This document shows positions 35,907 through 47,485 of a DNA stretch of 64,000 bases, piece by piece. Every line of letters begins with the position of its first letter. Within the stretch, counting starts at the first letter, position 1. The position numbers were made by a program, and so were the translations under genes. The stretch covers positions 124,001 through 188,000 of the forward strand of contig OX337234.1 of NCBI GenBank assembly GCA_946965045.2. Reading direction: 5' to 3'. Below the pieces are notes generated by a model, which made no database searches, was not told the origin of the DNA, and was given only the letters and a program-made list of their open reading frames with translations. This stretch comes from Epithemia pelagica. Taxonomy: Eukaryota > Protista > Bacillariophyta.

Positions 35907-37448
35907 TTACGGCTCATCCCCAAACACATCTTCTTCCTCCTCTTCTTCTTCCTCGCCGCATCCTCCTCCTCCCGGAATGTCGACATCCACTTCCAAACTC
36001 TCCAAGACTCGAAGGGCCGCTTCTTGACCCGACCTGGCCGTGGCTCCCAAGAGGATTTCACCGGCAAAAAAGACGGTCGGCGTGGGCATGCCCAAGGCCA
36101 CTTGTTCCAATTCCTCCACCATTTCTTGTTGGCGACGACGACGATTGCGATCCTGGCCCGCGGCACCCAAACGACGACGACGACGAACGTTTTCGTCGCC
36201 GTCCTCCATATCGTCGCGGAAGCCACCAATCGTGCCTACGAAACGGGAAAACCGTGGTCCGCAAGACGCCATTCAACAACAAGGACAACAAGAGGAACAA
36301 GAAGACTAGGTGAGTTTTGCAAACAGCAATCAAGTAATGAACCAATCAACCAATGAACCATATTCGTACCTCGAATAAAGGGTTCATTGACCCAATTTTG
36401 AACAATGGCCGACTCCAAGGCATTCGTGGCGGGTGTTTCGTCCTCGTCGGTTCCAAACGTGACATCCAAATCGTGCAACAATTGGTCGACAATGGCATCG
36501 TCACACAAGGCCGTACGAGGGACAATGGCATCATTTTCTTCCAAGGTCAAAATGAAGCGGGGACCTTGGAAATTGCCTTGACCGACCAAGACATTGTTCA
36601 AGAAAGTCGTACGGTCGTCGACGGTCAATTCCACAATATCGTAGCCCCGGTAAAAGTCATCCGTGGAAAATTCCAACCACACGCGCAAGCCTTGCGTCAA
36701 GGCCATGGCATCGGCCGTTTCTTGCAAGTCCTCCGGCAGCTCGGGCGTAAAGAACAAGCGTTCGTTGGACAAGGCTGTCGTTTGCAAGACGGTAATGCCC
36801 GTCGCCACAATGGCCCGCGCAAACTCCAACTCCTCCTCCTCCACCGTGGTGAGCGTCACCACTCCATCCTGGGAATAATTTATGTTACGAATTTGAGTTT
36901 CGAGTCGAATCTTTTCTTCGGGAATGCGTGGAAGGACAATGGTTTCCAAATAACTGTACAGGGATTGGTCCTGAAAGCGAAATCGATCCAAGAGGGGACC
37001 GTCCGGGACAAAGGTACAGGGATCTTGGGAGACTTGGACCACACAGGAATAAAAGTCGGCTTCCAAGTTAATGGGTGTAAAGTCTTCGTCGGCCACGGCC
37101 CGGTCCTCATCAAACAAGAGCAACTCGGCCAAACTTTCGGGGGTTTCAAAGGGAAATTGGGCTCCCAAATCCAAGGGCACACCCGGGACGACATCCTCAT
37201 CGTCCACAGTCAAGGGACGGACGCGACCGCCACACACGTCCTTGGCTTCAAAAATCTGGGTCCACCGAGAACACAAAACCATGCGCAGGACAACATACGG
37301 TGAGTCAATGGCGGGTTTCGTGCGTCCAACGTCAACGGAGTCTCAACAAACATTGTCGTACCGTGTAGTCTTCGAATTCGGCAAACTCAAAGGTATAGGC
37401 GGCAAACAAGGCCGAAATACCACATCCAATAATGGCCACTCCACTCAT
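35907..37448 (-). CDS. Flavin-containing amine oxidoreductase-like protein (Amino_oxidase fold, ~433 aa); exons 37448-37362, 37255-36370, 36235-35907
   Basis: N-terminal dinucleotide-binding motif VAIIGCGISALFAAY..|IFEAKDVCGGRV; LDLGAQ; FTPELP; NWVNEPFIRG; C-terminal VFFAGE..GATARSGQEAA. Introns are GT-AG and in frame. An extra upstream exon is possible. Confidence 0.8.
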
Positions 37449-38722
37449 GATGGTATCACCGTCGCTTTTTGTTGTTTCGTTGCGTTGTGGCAATCCTAGA
37501 AGGAGATAAATTGTGAGACCAACAAGGGTTACTACCTAGGTAGAATGAGTGCACCTCGAAGTTTCATGTGAAGGGGATAGAACTTTTGTGGAGTCGTGGT
37601 TCGGCATAAATTTTTCACTCCATCTCTTTTGTAAGCGAATTTTGTCAATCGTTACGAATCACCTTGTCGTAGGCGACACATTTGCTATTGCCCAGTCGGA
37701 CTCCTTGTCCCACTGACAAGTGATTCGGAACCAGAAAAGACTACTCTCCAGGAATGTATGCCAAACGTTTCGAAGGCTCGTGCATCCATCGACGGACGTG
37801 GTCGGTGTCAGTGGGCGGTTTGCGCCGCGCAACATGATGGTAGCTAGAGGGATTTGGATACTTACTCCTAGCTACTCCTAGATAGCTCCTCTTAGAGTAC
37901 TCCAAAAAATATCAACGAGAGGAATGATCAACTTGAGTAGGTCGCCCTCGTAGCATTAGCCTTCAGAAGTTCTTTATTGTTGGAACAAGCAAGCCATACA
38001 AATTACAAAACTACCTAGATCTGAAGCATCGCCCTAGACAAGCACTATCTACCTACTCCTAGTTTAGTGCTACAAGCGTCGGTGATCTTGAGCACATAGT
38101 TTATGAATGGGAACGAAGCGACGGACGGACCAGTACTGCCTCCGGACTCCGGATGCCGGATTCCGGAGGCACAACGCGAGTTGACAGCGCTCCAGTCTCC
38201 AGTGTCCAGTGCCACTTGCCACGTTAAAATTAAAATTTATCCGTCCGAGCACCAGCAACCAGCAAAGGGCGGCAGCAAGAGGGCAATACTTTATATCCAT
38301 CAGGCTTAGATATTGAAGACATACTACCATATCGATCCATAATTAATCGATAACCGCTTGCTACAATTGCGACCGATGTGGAGACATCTGTTACGAGTAT
38401 TTTCGAGTATGAAGAACCGGGATCGTGTGAAAAGCAACAAGCACACAAAAACAGAGAGCGCTTTCCGATATCTCAAATAATCGTGTCAAGTCGCAATGCC
38501 AAAGTCCTGAACTTTGGACAACACAACTACTAAAGAGTCCTTTCTTTGTGGACAAGAAACCATTTTCGGATAATATACGGAATACCGAAAAAACTAAGTC
38601 CGTCTCGAACAAGAGTCCGTCCAACCGGCACCTCGGAGGTATGTTTCGTTTCTCCGCTTGCCTCGCTACCTAGTTGATTGTCCATGTATGGCCGAGGATA
38701 TGGTCTTGCCCGAGTACGCGCA

Positions 38723-38872
38723 GGGGAATTGGAGCAGATCAACAGCTGCTCCGCCTGCTCAATGCTCAATCAATAGACTTTTCCAAGACAACCATGCGGG
38801 GAAATTGGAGGAAAGCGACAGCTGTTCCGCATGCTCAATGCTCAATCAATAGACTTTTCCAAGACAATCATG
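38723..38872 (+). repeat. Tandem ~75-bp duplication
   Basis: ACAGCTG[C/T]TCCGC[C/A]TGCTCAATGCTCAATCAATAGACTTTTCCAAGACAA[C/T]CATG occurs twice. Confidence 0.9.
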
Positions 38873-39393
38873 TAATTTGAAGTTGCTTTGCACATCGAGG
38901 GAAGCCTCTTGAGGCTACAAATATTAGGGCAACAGAGCAGCCATGATGTAAGGAGCCCATCGCCCGCAAAGACAGCTATGCGTCTAGAACGATACAACCT
39001 ACTCCTAATCCATAAACTTATAGCATTTGCTTGCCGTAGCATGCAGCTCGTATTTCCCTTCTCTTGGAAGAGTAGTTTACTGGCCATCGTCAGAGACTCA
39101 ATAGTTGTCGACATGCAACAACGGGCGATTGACGAAGTCAACTTTTGTCTCTACCATGCCGCGTATGGGAAAATAGTCATATCTGGAATATAGCAAGGTT
39201 CCTTTATGCACAATGGTCTTATGACTATATATAGACTACCCGACAGCACTTGAGAGGAGCAACTTGGTGGCGTGAACAAAGTAGACTAAGATTACAACAT
39301 GCTTCTTCTATAAACCCTGTACATAGTTTGTGGCCATATTCCCCTCATCTTGGGCGCCAAGATGAGTGCAAGTACCAGTGAGTACTCAGCACG

Positions 39394-40260
39394 TTATTGG
39401 AAGAAGGCATAGAATGCCTGTTTATCAGTGTGGCTGCTTCCCCACTGGGACGATCGATCGAATTGAGTGGAAGATGTTTGTGGTGGGTAGGAGGTAGCTT
39501 GATGGTCGCCACTGGGGCTTGCAGAACCACTTTTTGCCTTGTTCGTGTTTTTGTCATGCTTTCGTTTCGCCAAGGCACGTTGCGCTTTTTTGTACACCAA
39601 GTATTCGGCTTCAAAACGCTCCTTGTCCAGTTCCGAGCGACGCTCATACTCCATTTTGAGTTCCGGTGTGATCTTCTTCCAATTGGCGGCAACTGTTCGA
39701 GCCATTTCGGCGAAGCCAAGCTTGCCATGAGCCTTGCGCGACTTTGTTGCTTTGATGATGGGAAGAATCTTGAGCAGTCGTTCTCGTTCGTCCTTGAAGA
39801 ACAGATTGTAAGCAGTCAATGATCGCTTGGGCTTCTCGACCGTCTCTGGATCAGACATGGGAGAAATTTCTGGCTCTTTTTGTTCTTCGACATGATAGAT
39901 GGGGTCACTCGAAGTAGTTTCCAATGCCTTGAACAACAACTCTGTCAGCGAAAGATCAGAAGATGTTTTCTTTGAAAACTCCAAATCATCACATGCAGAC
40001 GACATGAGTGTATCAGACGGCTTCGAAATATCATTGACATCTTTTGTTTGGGGAGTCTCGCCATCTTGTAGTGGTTGTTCCTGAAGAAATGCATTGTCGA
40101 GATCAATATCTTTCAAGTTTGACTCGTCGAAACCTCCAAGAACTTGATGCAATTCGCTTTCGTCAAAGAGACTTCTGTCAGCATAGTTGATGCTTGCACA
40201 GAAAGGAACATGTCCCGAAAGCGAAGGAAAACTGTTGTTGTGGAAAGATAGGAAATTCAT
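39394..40260 (-). CDS. HMG-box DNA-binding protein (paralogue 1)
   Basis: HMG box KPKRSLTAYNLFFKDERERLL..GKLGFAEMARTVAANWKKITPELKMEYERRSELDKERFEAEY. Start taken at MNFLSF (40260). A 3' intron is not excluded. Confidence 0.85.
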   Translation of the reverse strand: MNFLSFHNNSFPSLSGHVPFCASINYADRSLFDESELHQVLGGFDESNLKDIDLDNAFLQEQPLQDGETPQTKDVNDISKPSDTLMSSACDDLEFSKKTSSDLSLTELLFKALETTSSDPIYHVEEQKEPEISPMSDPETVEKPKRSLTAYNLFFKDERERLLKILPIIKATKSRKAHGKLGFAEMARTVAANWKKITPELKMEYERRSELDKERFEAEYLVYKKAQRALAKRKHDKNTNKAKSGSASPSGDHQATSYPPQTSSTQFDRSSQWGSSHTDKQAFYAFFQ

Positions 40261-41744
40261 TTGTTTGTTTGTCTTGTGTCGATTTGTGGGTGCAAACCAA
40301 AATCCGAAGCCTCGGTATAGGTGACCACCTATTAGTCGTATGTACGTCGTCCGCAAACTGTCCCCCCAATGGAGATTTTTTTCTCGATTCAATTCCTATT
40401 TTCCATAAAAAATCAGAAAGGACACGCCGGCATATTCTTGTCACATTTCAAATCAGCTTGAGCGGCCCAGCGTGCATGACAGTTGCCGTTGGTGGTTGGT
40501 GCACCAATTCCGCATACACTCTATAAAAAAACAAACAAACCTCCATTACAGCGGCCATGTCCATGGCAATTCTTGCAATGGCATGATTTTTCAGCTTCCA
40601 TGCTACCCAGGTACGTCAAGAAAGACAGAGCTGCGATTGGGCTAAGGACAAGCATCTCAATAGTCCCTCCCTGTTGTTTTTGTTTGCATACACCCCTTGA
40701 GCCCCATTTTCTGGACTCGTTGCAACGTCTCACTTTTCACCAGTCCAATTTCGCTTGTAGTCTTTATGATTGATTCATTTGTAGCCCTTTTACTCTGATA
40801 CAAGTCTAGGTAGAATTCCTGTTCTATATTTTATCATAGGGGTAAATATCAAGGTCAATGGTGGTGTCCTGCTCTACCAGGGATTCTCTTGTCTTGTTAT
40901 TCTTCTCCTTCTCCTTGTCTTCACCTTGAAGAAGATACAGCAAACACTAAGAATTTGTCTCAGCGACCATTAAAGTGGTGACAATCAGCCTCATGATGTA
41001 GTTGCCATCTACAACTTGGATTACTACTCCTAAGAGTAAGAAGAAGAAACCAAATCGTCCCCTACCTAGTAGACAACTTGAACCATGGATGTGACATGCC
41101 CTACAATGAGAAAATGGGCGAAAACACTACCAATCTATCAATCAGGGTCTGGAATTCAAAAAGTGGGACTTTAATGACTTTAGGGAATGTAACTTAAATT
41201 TAGCTTGAATTAAGCCATTCAATTGAAATCCTCCTCCTTTACTTTCATTGAATTTCACACCACTCAACTCAATACCGATTTTTTCTTGGATTCACTGTTC
41301 CGATTCAAGTCTCATCATCTCAGACGGGGAATGTCAATTCCCTAATTCAATTCCCAATTCTCTAAAATAGACACTTCCCAATTCCATTCAATTCACTTTA
41401 TCAGACGATATCAATTCCCAATCCAATCCAATTCCTTCTTACTCACTATAAGAATTTGAGAATCCAATCAATTTTCTCCTACGCACAGATGGAATTACCA
41501 TTCTCCCCCCAATGTGTCATGTGAATTACGTTTCTATACAATATCACACAGTGACCCTACCTTCAACCGCCTCATCTTTGTGACTTGTGACACTCTCTTA
41601 CCTCTCACCTCTACCGTCCATCCACCAATCCTTCAACAGTTCATTGTCTGTTGCAGCTTGCAACACATGTTGTCTGGCTTGATTGTGCGTCTTAATCATC
41701 TTCAAAGCCCAGCATCCTTGTCCACCCTGTCTGGATCTACCATC

Positions 41745-44700
41745 ATGTCAACACAACCGACGATGGCAGAACAAGAGGAGACACCCCCGGCTCATCCCAC
41801 ACAAGCAGAGAACCCAGACCCTCCACCTGCACAGCAAGACGAGAACCCACCCGCTGCTTTAGCCCCCCAAGGGAACAACAATCAACAGAATAGGCAACAC
41901 CCTACCCAAGCCCAACGAACCGAAGCAATTCATCAAGAAATCAAGAAAGAGAAAGACTATGTCCCCTTCCTCAAAAGTCCACCGAGAGAGCATTTCAAGA
42001 ATCTGAATACCTACTGGGGAACAGTGAGACACTTGGACTTTTGCCAGTTAACAGAATTACAAGCAAGACTTGACACCAAAGAAGTTAGCAAAATGGAAGG
42101 TATTTCTCGATGCTTTGCTGTACTCAACCAAGCATCAAAAGAGGACCAAACAGCACCCAAAAAGTCATGGGGATCCATATGTAAGCGTCTTGTGGTGTGC
42201 CCGATTTGCTTTGAAGACCCAGAGAAGTCTTTTTTCGCCTCTACCATCCTCTGTGGTGTCAGCAAGCAGAAGAAAAGTGGCTCCTCTTCGAATGTTAGCC
42301 AACATATGGATTCTTTCCATCCGCATGTGAAAGAAGAAATGGAACGAAAAAAAAAATTGGACCGAAGTCCAATGTAGAAAGCAACCAACCACTTATGACA
42401 TCCTACAAGGGTTCCATGATGTCAAAGGACGAGGCTAGAATCAAGTTTCAACAATCAATCTACCAGTTTGTCAACGACAACGGCTTACCCACTTCAACAG
42501 TGGAAAAGAAGTCCTTCCGAGCTATGCTGGAATTCGCCATTCTTAACGCCCAGAAGCTGTCGACAAAAGATTGTGTCATGAGCAACAAAGACATCATACG
42601 CAAGCGACTTGATTCCTACAACAATTTTCTCCAAACTGTTTCCTCCCTATGCCTGAATGTCCGGCTGATTGACCCCAGGAATTGCGTGTTTTACACGATT
42701 CCCGTAGGTCTCTGCAAAACAGACGGCCACACAGCAGCCCAAGTGGCGACCCACACACTAAAAATCCTCACAACCGTTGGAATTATGCAGTCTGACCTCT
42801 CCTCTTCCGTAAACGACAATACAAATTCGGCAGTCCTTGCCGGAAAGTACATTGTGGGAAATCAGACTGGAGGAAAGTGCGATATGCATCGTGCGGAATT
42901 AATTCTTAAGCACGCCACCGGCTTGGCTGTACGACGAAGGGGGGGAAGGGTAATCGACCAGTTTCCCGGATTTGTGGACACATACAAGAAAGCCTTGAAG
43001 TTAGCTTCAATCCTGATGACGAAGAGAAAGAAGAGATTCCAGGCATTGAGGGACTACGCAACAAAAAATCACCAAGTTGTAGTGGAGATCCGTATGCCGA
43101 ACACAACCAGGGTTCTCGGATGCGCTCTCACATTCCATGATCTCCTACGTGATAAGTACGTCATGGATGACTACAATTCACAAGAGTTTTCTGTAGACAA
43201 AGACTTCCGCGAAAATTATCTGTCCAAGGAGGACTGGCAGGCCATAGCAGAATTCGAAGGAATTCTTTCTCCACTCAAGAAATGCGCCATGTCCTTACAA
43301 GCAGACGATCCTTCCTCTGCTGCAGGCTCTTTGCTGGAAATCTTTGGTTGCCATCATGGAATCAAATACCACAAAGACAACGGTGTCTCTGTTCTGCTTG
43401 TGAACCCCACAGAACTAGACACAGAGTTCCAAAGTTGGGATGCCAGGTTAACCATAGAGAAACTCCGTTCCAAAAGGAAAAATATCAAGTTTGCAGATTT
43501 ACTGCCCGCCTCACGGATGCTTATTAACCGGCTTCTACGTGAATTTTGCACCTACATGATGAATGGTGACGACGTCCATGCAGAGAATGCTATCTGCGGT
43601 CATCCGTTTCTCTGCTACATGGCACCGTACATCCTGAAAAAAATCAAGATCTACGACGACTACGACGTCTCCAGAATCCAAAAACAATTTGTTGATGACA
43701 TGGTAGCAAAGTTTTCCACTCCTGAAAGGTTGGCAATGAATGGACCAGCCCCAATGGCTGGGACAGCCAATGAGGAGGTTGTAGATATAGAAGACGACGA
43801 CTCGGATGATGACGATGTGTTCAATATTTTTCGGAATCATGGAGAGAATGAAGACAGCATGTGCGTGGAAAACAACAATCTTAACACGTTGGACGAGCAG
43901 AAGAAGAGCTTTAGAGAACAATGTAACAACGAATTCAAGGGGTTCAAGGATTACTGTCAGCGCATTATCCACAGTTCCTGGGAATCGTTGATTAGGGAGT
44001 ATCCCACCGTTCTTTTTTCTGAAAAGTCACCAAAATGGACGCCTCAAGAAAAGAAAAAGTTCAGACGGGCATGTAATGATCAAGATTTCAACAGTGTGGG
44101 CAAGTATTTTGATGTCTTACAGTGGTGGCAGGCGAACAAGAGTAATTTCAGGATGATTTTCCCAAGTGCCCTCGTGTGGCTCTCGAAGCCTTCTACAAAC
44201 GCTTTCCAAGAGAGGATATTTTCTTTCTCCTCATGGTTTGATAGCAATAGATTGATGAGGAACGAGCTCAAGAAACATTTCGAGATTCGCACCATGGAGA
44301 TGGTAACAAGAAAGGTTCGTGGAGAGATTGAGGTTAATGAAATGACCTGGAAAAGAAATCTCAACACACCACAGAGAACGAGGACGAAGCGCAAACCAGG
44401 GGTAAGGCCGAGGAGCAAGCTAGGAGTAATGCCACACAGCGCCAGATAAGTCAACAGGAGCAACTGCAGAACCAACAAAGAACAGCTTCAAGCCAAGAGA
44501 GAGACGAGGCCCAGGCCGAAATAGAGGCGGAAGTAATCTCCGTGGTTGATGACGATGACGATGAAGACAACAATGGAACTGACTACGGCAGTGGCGAAGA
44601 TAATGAAGAACAAAATGAAGCTGTTGAGGAACATGAGCAGGGAACCGATGAAGTCTCGGTATGGGATTCCATTGCTGAAGGGACCACTCAAGGTCATATG

Positions 44701-45408
44701 AAACGTCTGAAAACCATTTTGAAGGGTGTAAAAAATATGCAGAAGCACCACAAGGCCCGGGAACAAATTGAACTTGATGAAGACGAAGGGAACGATGGGA
44801 TTGTTGGTTCAGAATACGAATACAAATGCAGTGATTCTAATCTGGATTTGGTACAAAAATTCGATGACGTAGTGCTCATTGATATAGTGGACGAAGGGGA
44901 CAAGGAACAAATGGAATGCATGGGTCGTCTTGGGAAAGATAAGGACCCATTTCAGTCAGATAGTGATGCTTGCATCATTGAGGCGGTCAAACTACAACAA
45001 ATGAACTTGATGGCTGGTTCTAGTATTTCTGCATCTTCAAATCGAACAATGAATCCCACTACATCGACGACAGATCAAGGCAACAGTACCAGTGCAAGTG
45101 TTCAAGGAAGTGTGACAGGAATCGTTTCGACGACAACTCCTGCTACACACAGTACCACACCAACAACCCAAAGATCCACCACCTTATCAAAAAGGAAGGC
45201 AACAACTCAAACGAGTGCATCTTCCAAAAGAGTACGCCAACAATCCATTCAAGAATCGGCATCTCGAACAAAGTCCAAGTCCAAATCGTCGAGAGCAAAG
45301 AAACCACCTCCTGCAGAACACATCGGAGAGCAGCAAGAAGAACAACGACAACAACAACGATGGACAAGTCCGCGACGCCGCACCAATAACAGTAATGAAG
45401 ACCACTGA
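41745..45408 (+). pseudogene. hAT transposase, broken by frameshifts at the A10 run (42347-42356) and at ~44340
   Basis: BED-like Zn finger (CPIC..SSSNVSQHMDSFH); SVNDNT and CDMHRAEL motifs; hATC dimerisation domain (LQWWQ..PSTNAFQERIFS). The acidic/Ser-Thr tail ORF 44542-45408 continues in another frame from ~44340. I cannot find the first catalytic Asp (DxW) motif before CLNVRLIDP, so an internal deletion is possible. Confidence 0.85.
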
Positions 45409-45551
45409 TAAATACAGAACATGACGGAACAGAAAACAAAAAAGACTACATACGACTACATACAAGAACGACTACATACAAGATACATGCGAGAACCAAA
45501 AAGAAAAAGAACAAACAAGGAAAAACAGATAGTAACTAATAAGAAATTGAC

Positions 45552-47485
45552 TCATGAGGAACTGCAATAGGACCGATACAAATGAAGGAAATTGTTGTGT
45601 AGGTTGTAGATCTCTTTGCTGTCTAAGAGTTTCTTCTTATGGTCTTTGTCAAGACGACGGACTGTGAAATCCATCTGGATTTCTGAACATTGGTGACGTG
45701 TCTTTGGGTCTTGTATTAGTTGCCCGAGCGCTCCAAACATTGGGTTGACCCATTCCCAGTACTCCTTTGGAATCCAAGACTCCAACAAAGCCGAGCACAT
45801 GTCTGGGTCGTTGCATGATTTGGGGATCCATCCCAGGGCTCGAGAGCAGCGATGTACATGCACATCAGTTGGAATTCCGTCAATTCTTTGAAATGCAAAT
45901 GCCAAGACAATTGTGGCAGTCTTGTACCCAACCCCATGCAGACACATTAGTTCTTGCACCGTAATGGTTTCTGGTATAATTCCAGAATGCCGTTGGATGA
46001 AGTAGTCTGCTGCGTTGACGATAGCCTCAGCATTCTTATAATATAGACCAGTCTCTGCCAATAGGGAACATACAGCGTCCATCCCATAGTTGAGTGCAAT
46101 GTCACTGGTTGCCCGACTAGAGACAAACCCACATTGGAACAAAGTGGGTACCACTTTAGCTAATTGTTTGTCGCTTGTGTTGGAACTCATAAGAATCACA
46201 ACCAAGCACATGAAGGCTCGGTTGGATTCTGGTGAGAGATGGTCGTTAATCCAGTCTTCCCAACTGTCTCTTGGAGCTTCCAGACCTTTGGAAAGGAAAT
46301 GTTCATGAAGCTTTTTCAAATACTGCAAGTCAACAACCCTCTTTCTCAAAGTCTGTTCAGAGATTGTGGGGGGGGGGGGGAACTTTTTGTTTTGTTGTAC
46401 AAGGAGAGATCATTGGGTTTCAAACGAACAGGTTGACCAGGCATGTGTCGAATATTGTTCTTATCTTTGTAGCAGATTTGTCGCCTTGCTCTGGATGCTT
46501 TAATGAGGAGGTTGGCGGCGGTGGCATATTGTTTGCGGGTCATAATCTGAGAATATGGTGGGTTGCTGTGTTTGGCAACAGAAGATCGCTTTGTCGGAGT
46601 GTCAGGCTTTGGCTTTGCAACAGCGATTTCTTGTGATGATGAGTTGTGTTTTGCATTGACTGGAGATGGTTTTGTCGATTGAGATGGTGATATGGGTGGA
46701 GATGGTCCATCAATGGGGAAGGAATTAGCAGGTTCAATCGAATCTGGAGGAGTAGTTACTGGAGTAGACAGAATGGTTGGATCTCCTTGGGATATAATCT
46801 TGTTGGATATTTGGGACAACATTGATGTAGCAATGCATTGTAAGAGAGGATCGATAGAGACTGGGTGAATTGTTCTGTTGTGTGATGTAGAAACAGAAAT
46901 GAGTGCATCACAATGTATCATCCACTCCAGAGTATAGTCTTCCATCGATTGAACATTGAGGTCTTCTTGAGTATCAATTTGCCCATTCAACAATACATAT
47001 TCAATTGCTTCTTTGTATCCAATGTCTTCGGTGCCGACTTCATACATAGGTTGACAGCTGCAGTGGAGGTGCAATACTGGGAAATCATCTTTAGGCCGGC
47101 TCATTTTGAACTTGGGGTTGCTCAACAGGGAGTTGGTGGGAATTTCTTGCGAGGGATATAAACCATGGTGAACCAGTAATGAGATAAGGTAGATGGATTG
47201 GTCCATAGAAAGAGATGGCTTGATCTGACATGGATGGCTTGTCAGAATATCAAGAGAGCACGAAGTGTAGCAAATTGAAGCATCTTCTCGAATGAGCCAA
47301 ACAAGAATGGTGTCTTGTATTGCTTCCATTCTCAAATCAAAAGACATGGTTGACAAGTCTGGGAGTTCTTCTCGAATGAATTTGAAAAATGAGTGTGGAG
47401 CTTGAGAGAGAGAAACAACAGGAGAGCATATGCTTGACAAAGATATTGTTGGGCGACAACTACTTGGGTATTGTTGGGAGCTCAT
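45552..47485 (-). CDS. HhH-GPD / endonuclease III-like DNA glycosylase with a long unknown N-terminal region; frameshift in a C13 run (46368-46380)
   Basis: ORF 46349-45552: ILMSSNTSD, HhH motif LMCLHGVGYKTA (catalytic Lys) and GIPTDVHVHR (catalytic Asp); no C-terminal 4-Cys Fe-S motif. ORF 47485-46346 joins it if the C run is 11 or 14 nt (..SSPPP-TISEQTLRKRVVDLQY). Confidence 0.8.

Noticed and set aside
38137-38171. GC-rich hairpin TGCCTCCGGA..TCCGGAGGCA
   Set aside because: A 10-bp stem with no context linking it to a gene, terminator or repeat family.
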